In this document: positions 24,090-34,531 of the stretch, piece after piece
How positions within the stretch are numbered: position 1 is the first letter of the stretch
Layout of the letters: every line of letters begins with the position of its first letter
Assembly (NCBI GenBank): GCA_963767925.1
Contig: CAVYGB010000010.1
Location: forward strand, 960,001-1,024,000
Source of the DNA: an uncultured delta proteobacterium
GTDB taxonomy: Bacteria > Myxococcota_A > Polyangia > Fen-1088
Length of the DNA stretch: 64,000 bases
Direction: 5' to 3'
Program-made: the position numbers and the translations under genes
The notes under the pieces: generated by a model
The model's input: only the letters and a program-made list of their open reading frames with translations
Told to the model about the DNA's origin: nothing
Database searches by the model: none

Positions 24090-25136
24090 ATGATTTCAGT
24101 CCGCCACCCTTACCCGCTGCTCGTGGCCTGCCTCGCGCTGGGTGGCGCGGCAGTCGGCGTAGCCCACGCCGAGGAGGGTGCGGACGCCACGGGCAAACCA
24201 CCCGGTCTCGCCCTCGGCGCCTGGGTGCGGGCGGGATTTGGGGCGGTGGTCCCGCCGGGTGCGAACACGGTCCGCCATGGCCCCCGGCTCAGCCTGGCGC
24301 GGCTCTCGGCCCGGGGCACGATCGGTGAGTGGGGGCAGATCGCGCTCCAGGTGGAGGGGGCGTCGGAGAGCGTCGTGCTGCTCGATGCGGTCGCCGAGAT
24401 CGCGGCGCTCCCGGCGCTGTCGCTGCGTGCGGGTCGTTTCAAGACGCCCACCTCCGCGGACTTCCTGGTCGGGGCCCCGGTCACTCCGTTTCTGACCCGC
24501 TCGTTGCTGGTCAGTGAGGGCCTGGTGCAGCAGCGGCTCATCGGGCTCGAGGCCGTGCTGGCCCGGACCACGGGGCCGGGGGCCACCCGCCTGCAGGTCG
24601 GATGGTTTCTCCCGGCACCTGCCGACCGGGCCCTGCTCGCCGACAGCAACGGCGCCTTCCTGAGCGCGCGCGGCCTGATCGCTCTGCCCGCCGGGCTCTC
24701 TCTGCACGCGGCGTACCTCGATCTCCTGGGGGCCAGCAATCAGCCGGTCCTGCCGCCCGAGCCCGCGGGAGCGCCGGCCCGGCGGCCGGTCGGCATGGAT
24801 CGGCAGATCGACCTGGCGCTGCTATGGGCTGGCGGCGGCTGGACAGCCGCGGCCGAGGGCGTCGCGGTCCTCGACCCTCCCGGCGGACGAGCTCCCCTGG
24901 CTGGCTACGCCCAGCTCCTGCGCCGCTTCGAGCTCTGGCGCGAGGGCCTGGCCTGGGAGCCCGGCGGGCGCTTCGACGTGGCGCGGTTGCCGGCGGAGAC
25001 CCTGCAGCGGTTCACCGCCGGCATCACCCTCTACCTGCGCGACCACCGGCTCAAGGCCGCCCTCAACTACGAAGCACTCCACGCCCGGGCGGGCATCGGA
25101 CACGGTGTTCGCGTCGAGCTGCAGGTCGGGCTATGA
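24090..25136 (+). CDS. porin-like outer-membrane beta-barrel (OprO/P-like)
   Basis: Signal peptide (VAHA), LLDAVAE...LRAGRFKTP, amphipathic strands, C-terminal VELQVGL. Confidence 0.65.
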   Translation: MISVRHPYPLLVACLALGGAAVGVAHAEEGADATGKPPGLALGAWVRAGFGAVVPPGANTVRHGPRLSLARLSARGTIGEWGQIALQVEGASESVVLLDAVAEIAALPALSLRAGRFKTPTSADFLVGAPVTPFLTRSLLVSEGLVQQRLIGLEAVLARTTGPGATRLQVGWFLPAPADRALLADSNGAFLSARGLIALPAGLSLHAAYLDLLGASNQPVLPPEPAGAPARRPVGMDRQIDLALLWAGGGWTAAAEGVAVLDPPGGRAPLAGYAQLLRRFELWREGLAWEPGGRFDVARLPAETLQRFTAGITLYLRDHRLKAALNYEALHARAGIGHGVRVELQVGL

Positions 25137-26311
25137 AGCCGCGGCTGGCGGTGGCGGCTGCCGCCCTCGCCGGCGCGCTCATGACCGCCCGCGCGGCGGC
25201 CCCCGCCGACGGTGGGCTCACGGGGCCCTGGGCCGGTGCGCGCCCCTGGCTGGCGACCCACGGCCTGCTGATCGAGCCGGCGCTGACCGCCGAGGCCTTC
25301 GCCAATGTGCGCGGCGGCCTGCAGCCCGGCCGGACCGGCCTGCGGGGAACCGCCGAGCTGGTCCTGAGCTTCGACACCGAGCCCCTGCTGTGGCCCGGCG
25401 GGCGCGCCGTGGCCTATCTGCAGGCGGGGGTGGGCCCGGGCATCAGCGAACGCGGAACGGGGGCGGTCCAGACCTTTGGCAACCTCGAGGCACGCGACCT
25501 GGCCCAGGTCAGCGAGGCCTTCTTCGAGCAGCGCTTGCTCGGAGGACGCCTGATGCTCGCGGCCGGGCGCCTCGACGCCAACCGGGACTTCGGCACGCCC
25601 AGGAACGCGACCGACTTCCTCAACGGCTCTTTTGGCGTGCCGCCGACCGTCCCCATGCCGTCTTTTCCCGACCCCGCCCTGGCCGTCGTCGCCATGGCCG
25701 AGGCGAACCGCCGGGTCATGCTCCGGGCGGGGATCTACGATGGGCGGGTGACGGCGGAGCAGCTCGGTCGCACCGGGGGCGTCTTCGCGGTCGCTTCGGT
25801 GGTGCTGCGCTGGGCGTTTGGTCCGACCCAGCCCGCCGGCTTCCTGGGCTTCGGGGCCTGGCACCACACCGCCAGAACGACAACCGGGACGCTGGCCACC
25901 GCCCCGGGCCGGGCGGGCGGGACGGGCGCCTCCGGCCTCTATGGCCTGGCCGGCCAGCGGCTCTTCGAGCTGCCCGGGTCTCCATCGGCCGGACTGTTCG
26001 CCTTCGCCCGCGCCGGCTCGACCCCGGACAGCGGCGCCGCCGTCTCGACTTTCGGCGCGCTCGGCCTGGTCCTGCGCGACTTCGCCCCCGGCCGGCATGA
26101 CGCCGCGGGCCTCGGATGGTCGCGCGTGGGGTTGCCGCTCAGCTCGCGTGGGCTTCGCGCCGGCGCGCACGAGACCGTCCTCGAGGCCTTTGCGCGCGCA
26201 CAGCTCGCGCCCGCCCTGCATCTGCAGCCCGACCTCCAGTATGCGTTCACGCCGGGCGGCGACCTGCCCGACAGCCTGGCGTTCGGCCTGCGGCTGGTGG
26301 CCGCCCTGTGA
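25133..26311 (+). CDS. carbohydrate-selective porin (OprB family)
   Basis: EAFANVRGG, EAFFEQRL, GRLDANRDF...FLNGSFG, ETVLEAF, LQPDLQY, AFGLRL; ATGA overlap with the previous gene. Confidence 0.8.
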   Translation: MKPRLAVAAAALAGALMTARAAAPADGGLTGPWAGARPWLATHGLLIEPALTAEAFANVRGGLQPGRTGLRGTAELVLSFDTEPLLWPGGRAVAYLQAGVGPGISERGTGAVQTFGNLEARDLAQVSEAFFEQRLLGGRLMLAAGRLDANRDFGTPRNATDFLNGSFGVPPTVPMPSFPDPALAVVAMAEANRRVMLRAGIYDGRVTAEQLGRTGGVFAVASVVLRWAFGPTQPAGFLGFGAWHHTARTTTGTLATAPGRAGGTGASGLYGLAGQRLFELPGSPSAGLFAFARAGSTPDSGAAVSTFGALGLVLRDFAPGRHDAAGLGWSRVGLPLSSRGLRAGAHETVLEAFARAQLAPALHLQPDLQYAFTPGGDLPDSLAFGLRLVAAL

Positions 26312-26493
26312 GCCCTCGTCGATTTCGGAGCGCCTTCTCATCGATAGTGGGGAGTGGCGATCGCCGTACGCGCGACCAAGCTTGCGGCACCTCGACAACG
26401 CGGCAGGTCCGTGTGCGGGAGCCATATGCCCGGCAGCGGGAGCTATTCCAGGAAAAGTGCCCAGGCAACCTTTTGCGACCAGGAATGAGAGAG

Positions 26494-28098
26494 ATGAACA
26501 TGCGCGCCACCTGCACCGGAATTCTCGTCATGACCCTCTCGGCTTGCGCCTCCGGAGGGGGATTGGCTCGCAAGGACGTCCTCCAGCAATACGAGCCCAT
26601 CGCCCGCCTGAGCCGCAGCGTGAGCGCTGCCCAGGCCCAGGACGCGGAGCTCCTGGCTCCCTCGGGATTCGCGGCGCTGCAGACCACCCTCGAGCGCGCG
26701 GTGGAGGCGGCGCAAAAGGCTCAGAAGGAATCGGCGCTCGGGCACGCCGATCAGGGTCTCGGCATGCTCCCCAGGCTGGACACCGACATGGCGAAGGCCT
26801 GGGATGAAATGCAGAGCGTGATGAGCACCCGCCAGCGCGCCGACGTGGCCGGTGCCCAGGGATTGTTCCACGCTAGGTTCGAGGGGGCCGACCGCGCCCT
26901 GCGCGAAACCTCTGCCATGCTCGAGCGGGGCGAGGTGAACGCCGCCCGCGCGCGGCGGCCCGATTTGATGGAAAGGTACGCCGGTCTCGAGCTGGAGGCC
27001 CTGACACGTGGGTCGCTGGACGCGGCGAAGGCGGCGATCGCCCGGGCCAAAGATCGCGGCGCCCGCGAGCACGCCTCGGCCCTGATCAAGCAGGCGAGCC
27101 AGGAGCTCGATCTGGTCAGCGCCGTCCTCGAGGCCGACCGCACCCAGACCGACAAGGCCAACGAGCACGCCCGGCGCGCCATCTGGCTGGCCCAGCGTTC
27201 GGAGGCGGTCACCGATCTGGCGAAGATGTTCAAGGCGCGCAAGTTCGACGCCGAGGACCTGGTCCTGTGGCACCAGGACCAGCTCGACTACATCAACGAG
27301 CCGCTCGATCAGTCCTTGCCTTTCAACGAGCCGGACCGGGTCGTCGCGCAGACCATGCGCCGCAGCCTGGAGTCGCTCCTCGAGGCCCAGACCCACTCGC
27401 GAACGCTCATCGAGAGTCTGACCTCGCAGGTGGCCGGCCTCCGGGCCAAGACGGACGACCAAAACTTCCGACACGAAAAGCAGGTGGCCAGTCTGGTCGA
27501 GAGCGAGCGACGCCACTTGCAGCAGCAGCGCGAGGCGAAAAGCGGCGAGGTGTCCGCGCTGGTCGACAAGCACAGGGCGGAGCTCGCCCGGCTGGCCAAG
27601 CGCTACCAGGGCGAGCTGTCGGCCAAGGACGAGTCGGAGCGCCTCCGGGACGAGGGCGAAGCCCGGTACCGCTACGTCCAGTCCCTGTTCAGCGAGAGCG
27701 AGGCGGTCGTGGTGCGGCAGAACGACGACGTCCTGATCCAGGCGCACGGTTTTTCCTTCATTCCCGGGCGGTCGGAGGCCGAGTCCCGCAACTTCGGGCT
27801 GCTCAACAAGATCGAAACGGCCATCCAGCGCTTTCCAGGCAGCCGGGTGGCGGTCAGCGGACATACGGACTCGCTGGGCGGGCCCCAGTTCAACCTCGCA
27901 CTATCCAGCCGACGCGCCGCAGGAGTGGCCGAATTCCTGACCAAGGTGGCGAAGATTCCCCCGGAACGCGTCAGCTCCGAGGGGCTCGGCGAGAGCCGAC
28001 CCCTGGCGAGCAACGAGACCTCCGAAGGGCGGGCTCAGAACCGGCGCATCGAGGTCCGGATCATCAACGCCCCGGTGGTCGAGAGCAGCCTGAAGTGA
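26494..28098 (+). CDS. OmpA-family lipoprotein with long N-terminal coiled coil
   Basis: Lipobox LSAC; C-terminal VSGHTDSLG...NLALSSRRA...SNETSEGRAQNRRIEV. Confidence 0.88.
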   Translation: MNMRATCTGILVMTLSACASGGGLARKDVLQQYEPIARLSRSVSAAQAQDAELLAPSGFAALQTTLERAVEAAQKAQKESALGHADQGLGMLPRLDTDMAKAWDEMQSVMSTRQRADVAGAQGLFHARFEGADRALRETSAMLERGEVNAARARRPDLMERYAGLELEALTRGSLDAAKAAIARAKDRGAREHASALIKQASQELDLVSAVLEADRTQTDKANEHARRAIWLAQRSEAVTDLAKMFKARKFDAEDLVLWHQDQLDYINEPLDQSLPFNEPDRVVAQTMRRSLESLLEAQTHSRTLIESLTSQVAGLRAKTDDQNFRHEKQVASLVESERRHLQQQREAKSGEVSALVDKHRAELARLAKRYQGELSAKDESERLRDEGEARYRYVQSLFSESEAVVVRQNDDVLIQAHGFSFIPGRSEAESRNFGLLNKIETAIQRFPGSRVAVSGHTDSLGGPQFNLALSSRRAAGVAEFLTKVAKIPPERVSSEGLGESRPLASNETSEGRAQNRRIEVRIINAPVVESSLK

Positions 28099-28234
28099 AC
28101 GCGACCGGACCTGCCCGCCGGTAGGCTCCGGGGGGGCCGGAGGCGCCCGGCAAGGAACCGCCGGCGGCCGGCCGGTCGTCAGGGGCCAACGGCGCGTGCC
28201 GGTGGGCAGTTTCGGACGTAAGGTCCACTGACTC

Positions 28235-30040
28235 ATGGCTTCGAGGATCGAGGACTACGCGCTGCTGGGGGACTGCCAGGGCTCCGCCCTGGTGGCGAAA
28301 GACGGATCGATCGACTGGCTGTGCCTGCCGCGGTTCGATTCACCTGCCTGCTTCGCTGCCCTCCTGGGCAGCCCCGAAAACGGGCGCTGGTTGATCACGC
28401 CCGTGGGCCAGATCCAGCAGGTTAGCCGCCGGTACCGCGACGGAACCATGGTCCTCGAGACCACCTACCAGACCGAGGAGGGCTCCGTCACGGTCATCGA
28501 TCTGATGCCGCTGCGAAGCGCGGTGCCCGACCTGCTCCGGATGGTCGTCGGCACGCGCGGAGCGGTCCGCATGCGCATGGAGCTGGTGGTCCGGTTCGAT
28601 TACGGCTCGATCGTCCCCTGGGTGCAGCGGACCGAGGACGGCATGCAGGCGATCGCCGGCCCCGACCGGCTGCGCCTGACCACGCCGGTCGAGACCCACG
28701 GAGAGAACCTGCACACGGTATCGGACTTCGTCGTCCGCGAGGGAGACCGCATCCCGTTCCTGCTGACCTGGACGCCCTCACACGCGCCGGCGGTGGCGCC
28801 CCTCGACCCGGAGGCGGCGATCGAGCAGACCACCGCGGACTGGCGGGCCTGGTCCAGCCGGTGCGTGTATTCGGGCCGGCACGCCGCCCTCGTCAAGCGC
28901 TCGCTGCTGACGCTCAAGGCGCTGACCTACGCCCCCACCGGGGGCATCGTCGCCGCTGCGACCACCTCGTTGCCCGAGCACCTGGGCGGCATCCGGAACT
29001 GGGACTACCGCTTCTGCTGGCTGCGCGATGCCGCCCTGACCCTCTATGCGCTGATGAGCGTGGGCTACCAGGACGAGGCCCAGGCCTGGCGCGACTGGCT
29101 CCTGCGGGCGGTGGCCGGCAATCCGGCCCGGGTCCAGATCCTCTACGGCCTGAGGGGACACCGCCGGCTGCCCGAAGCGACGCTGCCCTGGCTCCCCGGT
29201 TACGAAGGCTCGGCGCCGGTCCGCATCGGCAACGCCGCCTCGGAGCAGCTCCAGCTCGACGTCTACGGCGAGGTGATGGGAGCGCTGTTCGTCGCCCAGA
29301 CGCGAGGCCTCGCCTCGCAGGAACCGTCCTGGGCCTTGCAGACCAAGATGATGGAGTTCCTCGAACGACACTGGGACGAGCCCGACGAGGGGATCTGGGA
29401 GATCCGGGGGCCGCGCCAGCACTTCACGCATTCCAAGATCATGGCCTGGCTGGCGTTCGATTGCGCGGTCAAGAGCATCGAGCGGTTCGGCCTGCCTGGC
29501 CCGGCCGACCGCTGGAGCGCCGTGCGCCAGCAGATTCACGATTCGGTGTGCGCGAGAGGGTTCGATCGCGAGCTGGGCTCCTTCGTGCAGGCTTACGGCC
29601 GCCGAGACCTGGACGCGAGCCTGCTGATGATCCCGCTGGTGGGGTTCCTGCCGGCGACCGATCCGCGCGTGGTGGGGACGGTGGCGGCCATCGAACGCGA
29701 CCTGATGCGAGACGGCTTCGTGGCCCGCTACCGGAGCGAATCCGACGTGGACGGCCTGCCGGCGGGCGAAGGGGCCTTTCTTCCCTGCACCTTCTGGCTG
29801 GTGGACAACTATGCCCTGCAGGGACGAACCACCGAGGCCCACGCGCTCTTCGACCGGCTGATCGGCCTGTGCAACGACGTTGGGTTGCTGTCCGAGGAGT
29901 ACGACCCGGTCGCCGGCAGGATGCTGGGCAATTTTCCCCAGGCCTTCACCCACGTGGCCCTGGTCAACAGTGCGCTCGATCTGGCCCGGTCGGACGGTCT
30001 CCTGGCAGGGGTTCCACCTCCCTCCGGCCAGCAGCCATGA
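28235..30040 (+). CDS. glycoside hydrolase family 15 (trehalase/glucoamylase-like)
   Basis: IEDYALLGD, IDWLCLPRFDS, TTSLPE...RNWDYRFCWLRD, QLDVYGE, LLSEE, GNFPQAFTH. Confidence 0.95.
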   Translation: MASRIEDYALLGDCQGSALVAKDGSIDWLCLPRFDSPACFAALLGSPENGRWLITPVGQIQQVSRRYRDGTMVLETTYQTEEGSVTVIDLMPLRSAVPDLLRMVVGTRGAVRMRMELVVRFDYGSIVPWVQRTEDGMQAIAGPDRLRLTTPVETHGENLHTVSDFVVREGDRIPFLLTWTPSHAPAVAPLDPEAAIEQTTADWRAWSSRCVYSGRHAALVKRSLLTLKALTYAPTGGIVAAATTSLPEHLGGIRNWDYRFCWLRDAALTLYALMSVGYQDEAQAWRDWLLRAVAGNPARVQILYGLRGHRRLPEATLPWLPGYEGSAPVRIGNAASEQLQLDVYGEVMGALFVAQTRGLASQEPSWALQTKMMEFLERHWDEPDEGIWEIRGPRQHFTHSKIMAWLAFDCAVKSIERFGLPGPADRWSAVRQQIHDSVCARGFDRELGSFVQAYGRRDLDASLLMIPLVGFLPATDPRVVGTVAAIERDLMRDGFVARYRSESDVDGLPAGEGAFLPCTFWLVDNYALQGRTTEAHALFDRLIGLCNDVGLLSEEYDPVAGRMLGNFPQAFTHVALVNSALDLARSDGLLAGVPPPSGQQP

Positions 30041-31356
30041 GGACGAACGCGACGGCGCGCCTGCCCGGGCTGGCGGGCACCCCGGAGCGAGCCAAAACGC
30101 TCTTCTCCTGTCACGACTGCGGGACCGTCCAGCGGGCGCCCCGGACCGACACCTGGGCGACGCTGCGCTGCTGGCAATGCGGGGCAATCCTGGCGCGGGC
30201 GGCGAGCCTCCGCCTGGAGGGAGCGCTGGCCCTGTCCCTGGCGGCGCTCGTCCTGCTGGCGATCGCCAACGCCCTGCCCGTCGTGCGGATCGATCTGAAG
30301 GGGCACGAGACGGCCACCACCCTCATCGGCGCCACCCGGGTGCTCTGGGCGCATCAGAGGGCGCTCCTGGCCGCGCTCGTCTTCACCACGGCCATCCTGC
30401 TGCCGCTGGTCCAGGCCGCGGCGATGGCGTACCTCCTGGCCGCGCTCTCGCTGGGGAGAGCCCCGCAGGCCTTCGGAGCGCTCTCCCGCTGGCTGCACGC
30501 CATCCGGCCCTGGGCGCAGTCCGAGATCCTCGTCCTCGGGGTCATGGTGGCCCTGGGAAAGCTCGTCACCGTGGCCGAAGTGACCCCGGGGGTTGCCCTC
30601 TATTCCCTCGCAGCAGCCATCGTCCTGCTTGTTCCCGTGGGGGCCTTCTTCGACGGCGGGGCTCCCTGGCGCACGCTGGAAGCAAATCGGCGGACCTCCT
30701 CGGCCGGGTCCCGATCGCCCCCCCTCGTCGCCGACGGATCGGTCCCGGCAGGCCGGTCGGCGATGTTACCCTGCTGGTCATGCGGCTCCATCCAGCAGGA
30801 CCCGATCGCGGGCCCGGCGCCGTGCCCGCTCTGTGGCGCGGGCGTTCGTTCCCGCCGATCGAACAGCCTCCCTCGCGCCACCGCCTTCCTGCTGGCCGCC
30901 GCGATCCTGTACCTGCCTGCCAACCTGCTGCCCGTGATGCGCACGACGGCCATGTTCCAGACCCAGGACGACACCATCATCAGCGGCGTCCTGTTCCTCT
31001 GGAACACCGGCTCCTGGCCGCTTGCCGGGCTGGTCTTCCTGGCCAGCGTCGTCGTCCCGATCGGCAAGTTCCTGGCGCTGGGCCTGCTGGTCGTCACCTC
31101 CTGGCGGCGCTCGCTCTGGCGCCAACGAGAACGAACCCGGCTCTACCGGATGGTGGAGGCCGTGGGGCGCTGGTCGATGCTGGACGTCTACGTGGTCACG
31201 GTGCTGGCCGCCCTGGCCCGCGCCGAATCCCTGGCGTCCATCGAGGCGGGACCGGGGGCGCTGGCCTTCGGCGCCGTCGTGGTGTTCACCATGTGTGCCT
31301 CCCTGAGCTTCGATCCCCAAGCGATCTGGGATCGCCGAGGGCCTGTCCATGAATGA
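30037..31356 (+). CDS. pqiA: paraquat-inducible membrane protein A
   Basis: Two CxxC...CxxCG repeats, LYLPANLLP, GRWSMLDVYV, SFDPQAIWD; ATGA overlap with GH15. Confidence 0.9.
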   Translation: MRTNATARLPGLAGTPERAKTLFSCHDCGTVQRAPRTDTWATLRCWQCGAILARAASLRLEGALALSLAALVLLAIANALPVVRIDLKGHETATTLIGATRVLWAHQRALLAALVFTTAILLPLVQAAAMAYLLAALSLGRAPQAFGALSRWLHAIRPWAQSEILVLGVMVALGKLVTVAEVTPGVALYSLAAAIVLLVPVGAFFDGGAPWRTLEANRRTSSAGSRSPPLVADGSVPAGRSAMLPCWSCGSIQQDPIAGPAPCPLCGAGVRSRRSNSLPRATAFLLAAAILYLPANLLPVMRTTAMFQTQDDTIISGVLFLWNTGSWPLAGLVFLASVVVPIGKFLALGLLVVTSWRRSLWRQRERTRLYRMVEAVGRWSMLDVYVVTVLAALARAESLASIEAGPGALAFGAVVVFTMCASLSFDPQAIWDRRGPVHE

Positions 31357-32983
31357 GCCCACCGAGCCCGGAGCGCCGCCTCCGGAGGAGCTGCGCGAGG
31401 CGGTGCCGGCGCCCCGCTCCCGCTTCCGACCTTCGCTGGTCTGGCTGACCCCGGTGGTGGCGGCGCTCATCGCCCTCTGGCTGGTCGCCCGGGCGTTCCT
31501 GGACGCTGGCCCCGAGATCACGGTGACCTTCCGGACGGCCGAGGGCCTGGAGATCGGCCGTACCCCCATCAAATACCGCAGTCTGGACGTCGGCACCGTC
31601 AGCGCCATCGACCTGACCGATGATCGGGCCGGCGTGGTGGTCACGGCCCGCATGAAGCCGAACGCCGCCCCGCTGCTGGTGGACGACACGTCCCTGTGGG
31701 TGGTTCGGCCCCGGGTCGCCCTCGCGGGCGTCTCCGGTCTCGGCACTCTGCTGGCCGGCTCCCACATCGCGCTCGATGCCGGAAAGTCAAAGGACAGGCG
31801 ACGCGCGTTTGCCGGGCTGGAGACTCCGCCCGCGATCCCGTCGGACGAACCGGGCCGCCCCTTCGTCCTGCGCTCGAGGGACCCCGGCTCGCTGGACGTC
31901 GGCTCACCGGTCTACTTCCGGCGATTTCGCGTGGGTCAGGTCACCTCCATCGCCTTCGACCGCGAGGGCGTGAGTCTGCGGGTCTTCATCCGTGCCCCTT
32001 ACGACGGGTTCGTGACCACGGGCGTCCGCTTCTGGAACGACAGCGGCGTCGACCTGGCGATGGACGCCACGGGGTTCCGGCTCGACACCCAGGCGTTGAT
32101 GTCGCTGGTGGTGGGGGGACTGGCGTTCGAGCTGCCGCCCCGGGCCGAGCCGGGCGTGCGCGCTCCCCCGGGCACGGAGTTCACGGCCTTCGCCGATCGC
32201 CGGACGGCCATGCGCCGCCCGGACATCGCGACCGACACCTACGTCCTGAGGTTCAGTGGATCGGTGCGGGGCCTGTCCGATGGCGCGCCCGTAGACTTTC
32301 TTGGCATGAACATCGGCGAGGTGACCGACATCAGCGTGGACTTCGACCGGGCGGCGGCTACCTTCGGGACGATGGTCGAGATCGACATCCACCCCGGCCG
32401 CCTGCGTTCGCGCGGCGAGGTGGCCGCCTCGGAGGCTCCGCCCAGCTCCAGGGACTTGCTGGATCAGCTCGTGAAGCAGGGGCTGCGGGGGCAGCTCCGC
32501 ACCGGCAATCTGCTGACCGGGCAGCTCTACGTGGCGCTGGACTTCTTCCCCGACGCCCAGCCCGTGAACCTCGACTGGGCCCGCCGCCCCATCGAGCTGC
32601 CCACCATGCGGGGCGGGCTGGAGCAGCTTCAGGGCTCCCTGGCCAGGGTGCTGGCCAAGATCGACCGGCTGCCGACCGAGCGGCTGAGCCGGGAGGCGAT
32701 GGCGGCGGTGGGGGACCTGCGCACGGTCCTGAGGAACTCGGGGCGGCTCGTGTCCCGCATGGAGAACGAGGTGCCGGCGAAGTTCGGGTCGCTGCTGACC
32801 GAGGCGACCAGGGCGCTGGGATCGGCGAATCAGGTGCTCGCGCGCGATGCTCCCCTGCAGGCCGACCTGCGCCGAGCGCTGGCCGACCTGGGCCGCGCGG
32901 CGCGCTCTCTGCGCGCCTTTACCGACTATCTGGAGCGCCATCCGGAGTCGCTCCTGCGCGGCAAGCGGAAGGACGCAAAATGA
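31349..32983 (+). CDS. pqiB: PqiB MCE/MlaD-domain intermembrane transport protein
   Basis: SLVWLTPVVA, AEGLEIGRTPIKYR, GSLDVGSPVYFR, SVRGLSDGAPV, LERHPESLLRG. Confidence 0.93.
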   Translation: MNEPTEPGAPPPEELREAVPAPRSRFRPSLVWLTPVVAALIALWLVARAFLDAGPEITVTFRTAEGLEIGRTPIKYRSLDVGTVSAIDLTDDRAGVVVTARMKPNAAPLLVDDTSLWVVRPRVALAGVSGLGTLLAGSHIALDAGKSKDRRRAFAGLETPPAIPSDEPGRPFVLRSRDPGSLDVGSPVYFRRFRVGQVTSIAFDREGVSLRVFIRAPYDGFVTTGVRFWNDSGVDLAMDATGFRLDTQALMSLVVGGLAFELPPRAEPGVRAPPGTEFTAFADRRTAMRRPDIATDTYVLRFSGSVRGLSDGAPVDFLGMNIGEVTDISVDFDRAAATFGTMVEIDIHPGRLRSRGEVAASEAPPSSRDLLDQLVKQGLRGQLRTGNLLTGQLYVALDFFPDAQPVNLDWARRPIELPTMRGGLEQLQGSLARVLAKIDRLPTERLSREAMAAVGDLRTVLRNSGRLVSRMENEVPAKFGSLLTEATRALGSANQVLARDAPLQADLRRALADLGRAARSLRAFTDYLERHPESLLRGKRKDAK

Positions 32984-33561
32984 CTTCGGCCCTGAGAGTC
33001 GCCGCCCTGTTGCTGCTCCCGCAGGCCGGCTGCGCCACTTCGACGCCCGATCACTTCTTCGTCCTGACCGACGTGGAGCGAGCGGTTTCACCGCCTTCCG
33101 GATCTTACGCCGGCAGCCTGGTGGTCGATCCGGTTTCGCTGCCCGAGCTGGTGGATCGTCCCCAGTTCGTGGTCCAGGGCGAGCGGGGCCGGGTCATGAT
33201 CCTCGAGCAGCAACGCTGGGCCGAGCCGCTCCGGTCGGGCGTCGCCCGGCTCATGGCCGCTCAGCTCGGGCGTCTTCTGGGAACGACCTCGGTGTCCTCC
33301 AGCGACGGCGTGCTGGCGCGGCCCGACCATCGCGTGGCCGTCGACATCAGAAGGCTCGACTCTGCCCCGGGGCGCGGCGTGACTGTCGAGGCACTGTGGA
33401 GCGTGGAGGGCGCGGATGGCACCAGCAAGACGGGATACTCGCGCGGGCAAGCATCGAGCCCGGACGGGGATTACGGCGCCCTGGTGGCAGCGCTCGCCCA
33501 GGCGCTGGGCGCTGTGAGCCAGGACATCGCTGACGCGGTGGCAGGCAAGCAGTCTCCCTGA
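32980..33561 (+). CDS. pqiC: PqiC-family lipoprotein
   Basis: Lipobox AGC, VSLPELVDRPQFV, QQRWAEPL; ATGA overlap with pqiB. Confidence 0.88.
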   Translation: MTSALRVAALLLLPQAGCATSTPDHFFVLTDVERAVSPPSGSYAGSLVVDPVSLPELVDRPQFVVQGERGRVMILEQQRWAEPLRSGVARLMAAQLGRLLGTTSVSSSDGVLARPDHRVAVDIRRLDSAPGRGVTVEALWSVEGADGTSKTGYSRGQASSPDGDYGALVAALAQALGAVSQDIADAVAGKQSP

Positions 33562-33848
33562 CCCCTTCGCGCCGGAGCCGCAACTGCCAGATACGGGCTG
33601 GCGCCCCGCCCGGGCCACGGTCTGGTCCCGACAATCTCGCCGCCGCGATATCCTTGGCATACCAATCATTTGATGCTATCTTCTGGAGTGTCTCGACCGC
33701 CGCGGCGCTGGCGCCGGGCCGGACAGCGACCAGGTGAACGCGGGCGCCCGCGCGCGATCGAGACGCGCACCCGGGGGTCGGTCGCGGATGGCGGGGGGCG
33801 GAGAACCACAACGGTCGATCACGACCACCATGGAGGGAGGTTCGAACC

Positions 33849-34025
33849 ATGATCTATCTTGCCCTGGTTAGCCTGGTGATGGGGGCCCTGCTGCTCGCCC
33901 TGGGCCTCGTGGGAGTCGTCAAGGGCGCGGCCGGGCTCGTGGCGCTTGCGTTCCTGCTGTTCCTCGTCTTCGGGGGGACCGCCGTCATGGAGCCGCATAT
34001 CCGCGGCCGTCTTTCCCGACGGTGA
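33849..34025 (+). CDS. small two-TM membrane protein (DUF1328/YtjA-like), 58 aa
   Basis: Strong RBS GGAGGGAGG; MIYLALVSLVMGALLLALGLVGVVKGAAGLVALAFLLFLVFGG...; absent from the ORF track. Confidence 0.6.
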   Translation: MIYLALVSLVMGALLLALGLVGVVKGAAGLVALAFLLFLVFGGTAVMEPHIRGRLSRR

Positions 34026-34129
34026 GCAGGCTACATCTGGACGAGGGCCCCGGTATTACCTGGCATGCCACATGAATGAGCCGCCGGTCCTCACGGGCCC
34101 GGCTGGACCAGCCGCGGAGCTCCCGCCCC

Positions 34130-34416
34130 CTCCTGGACGGCTCGGGCCGGACGAGGTTCGCCGGCGCTTCAGCTCGCACAGCGATCAGCGTGACGACGCG
34201 GCCGATGGCGGCGCTGCTGTCGCCGTTCGTGCGGCCTACCCTGCGACCGCTGCTATCGAAGCGGAGCCAGGACGACCTGGAGGTTCTGAGGCAGCTCATC
34301 GACGCCGCAAGCTCAAGCCGGCCACGGACAGGACATGCCCGCTGGCCGAGGCTGCCGGCGCCATCCGGTACCTGGCCGATGGCGGCGCTCGCGGAAACGT
34401 GGTCCTGGAAGTGTGA
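34130..34416 (+). pseudogene. C-terminal remnant of an NAD(P)-dependent MDR/alcohol dehydrogenase
   Basis: LLSPFVRPTLRPLLSKRSQDDLEVLRQLIDA / KLKPATDRTCPLAEAAGAIRYLADGGARGNVVLEV in two frames; no N-terminus. Confidence 0.65.
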
Positions 34417-34531
34417 TCGCCGCGAAGGTGGCTCGCGTTTCTGTACCCGGCAAGAGCCAGGAGCCCCCGCACCCGGTCACCGGCCAGGAGGACCGCGGCG
34501 TTTCGCCGGGAAAACCCCTCGGCGGCCGCGT

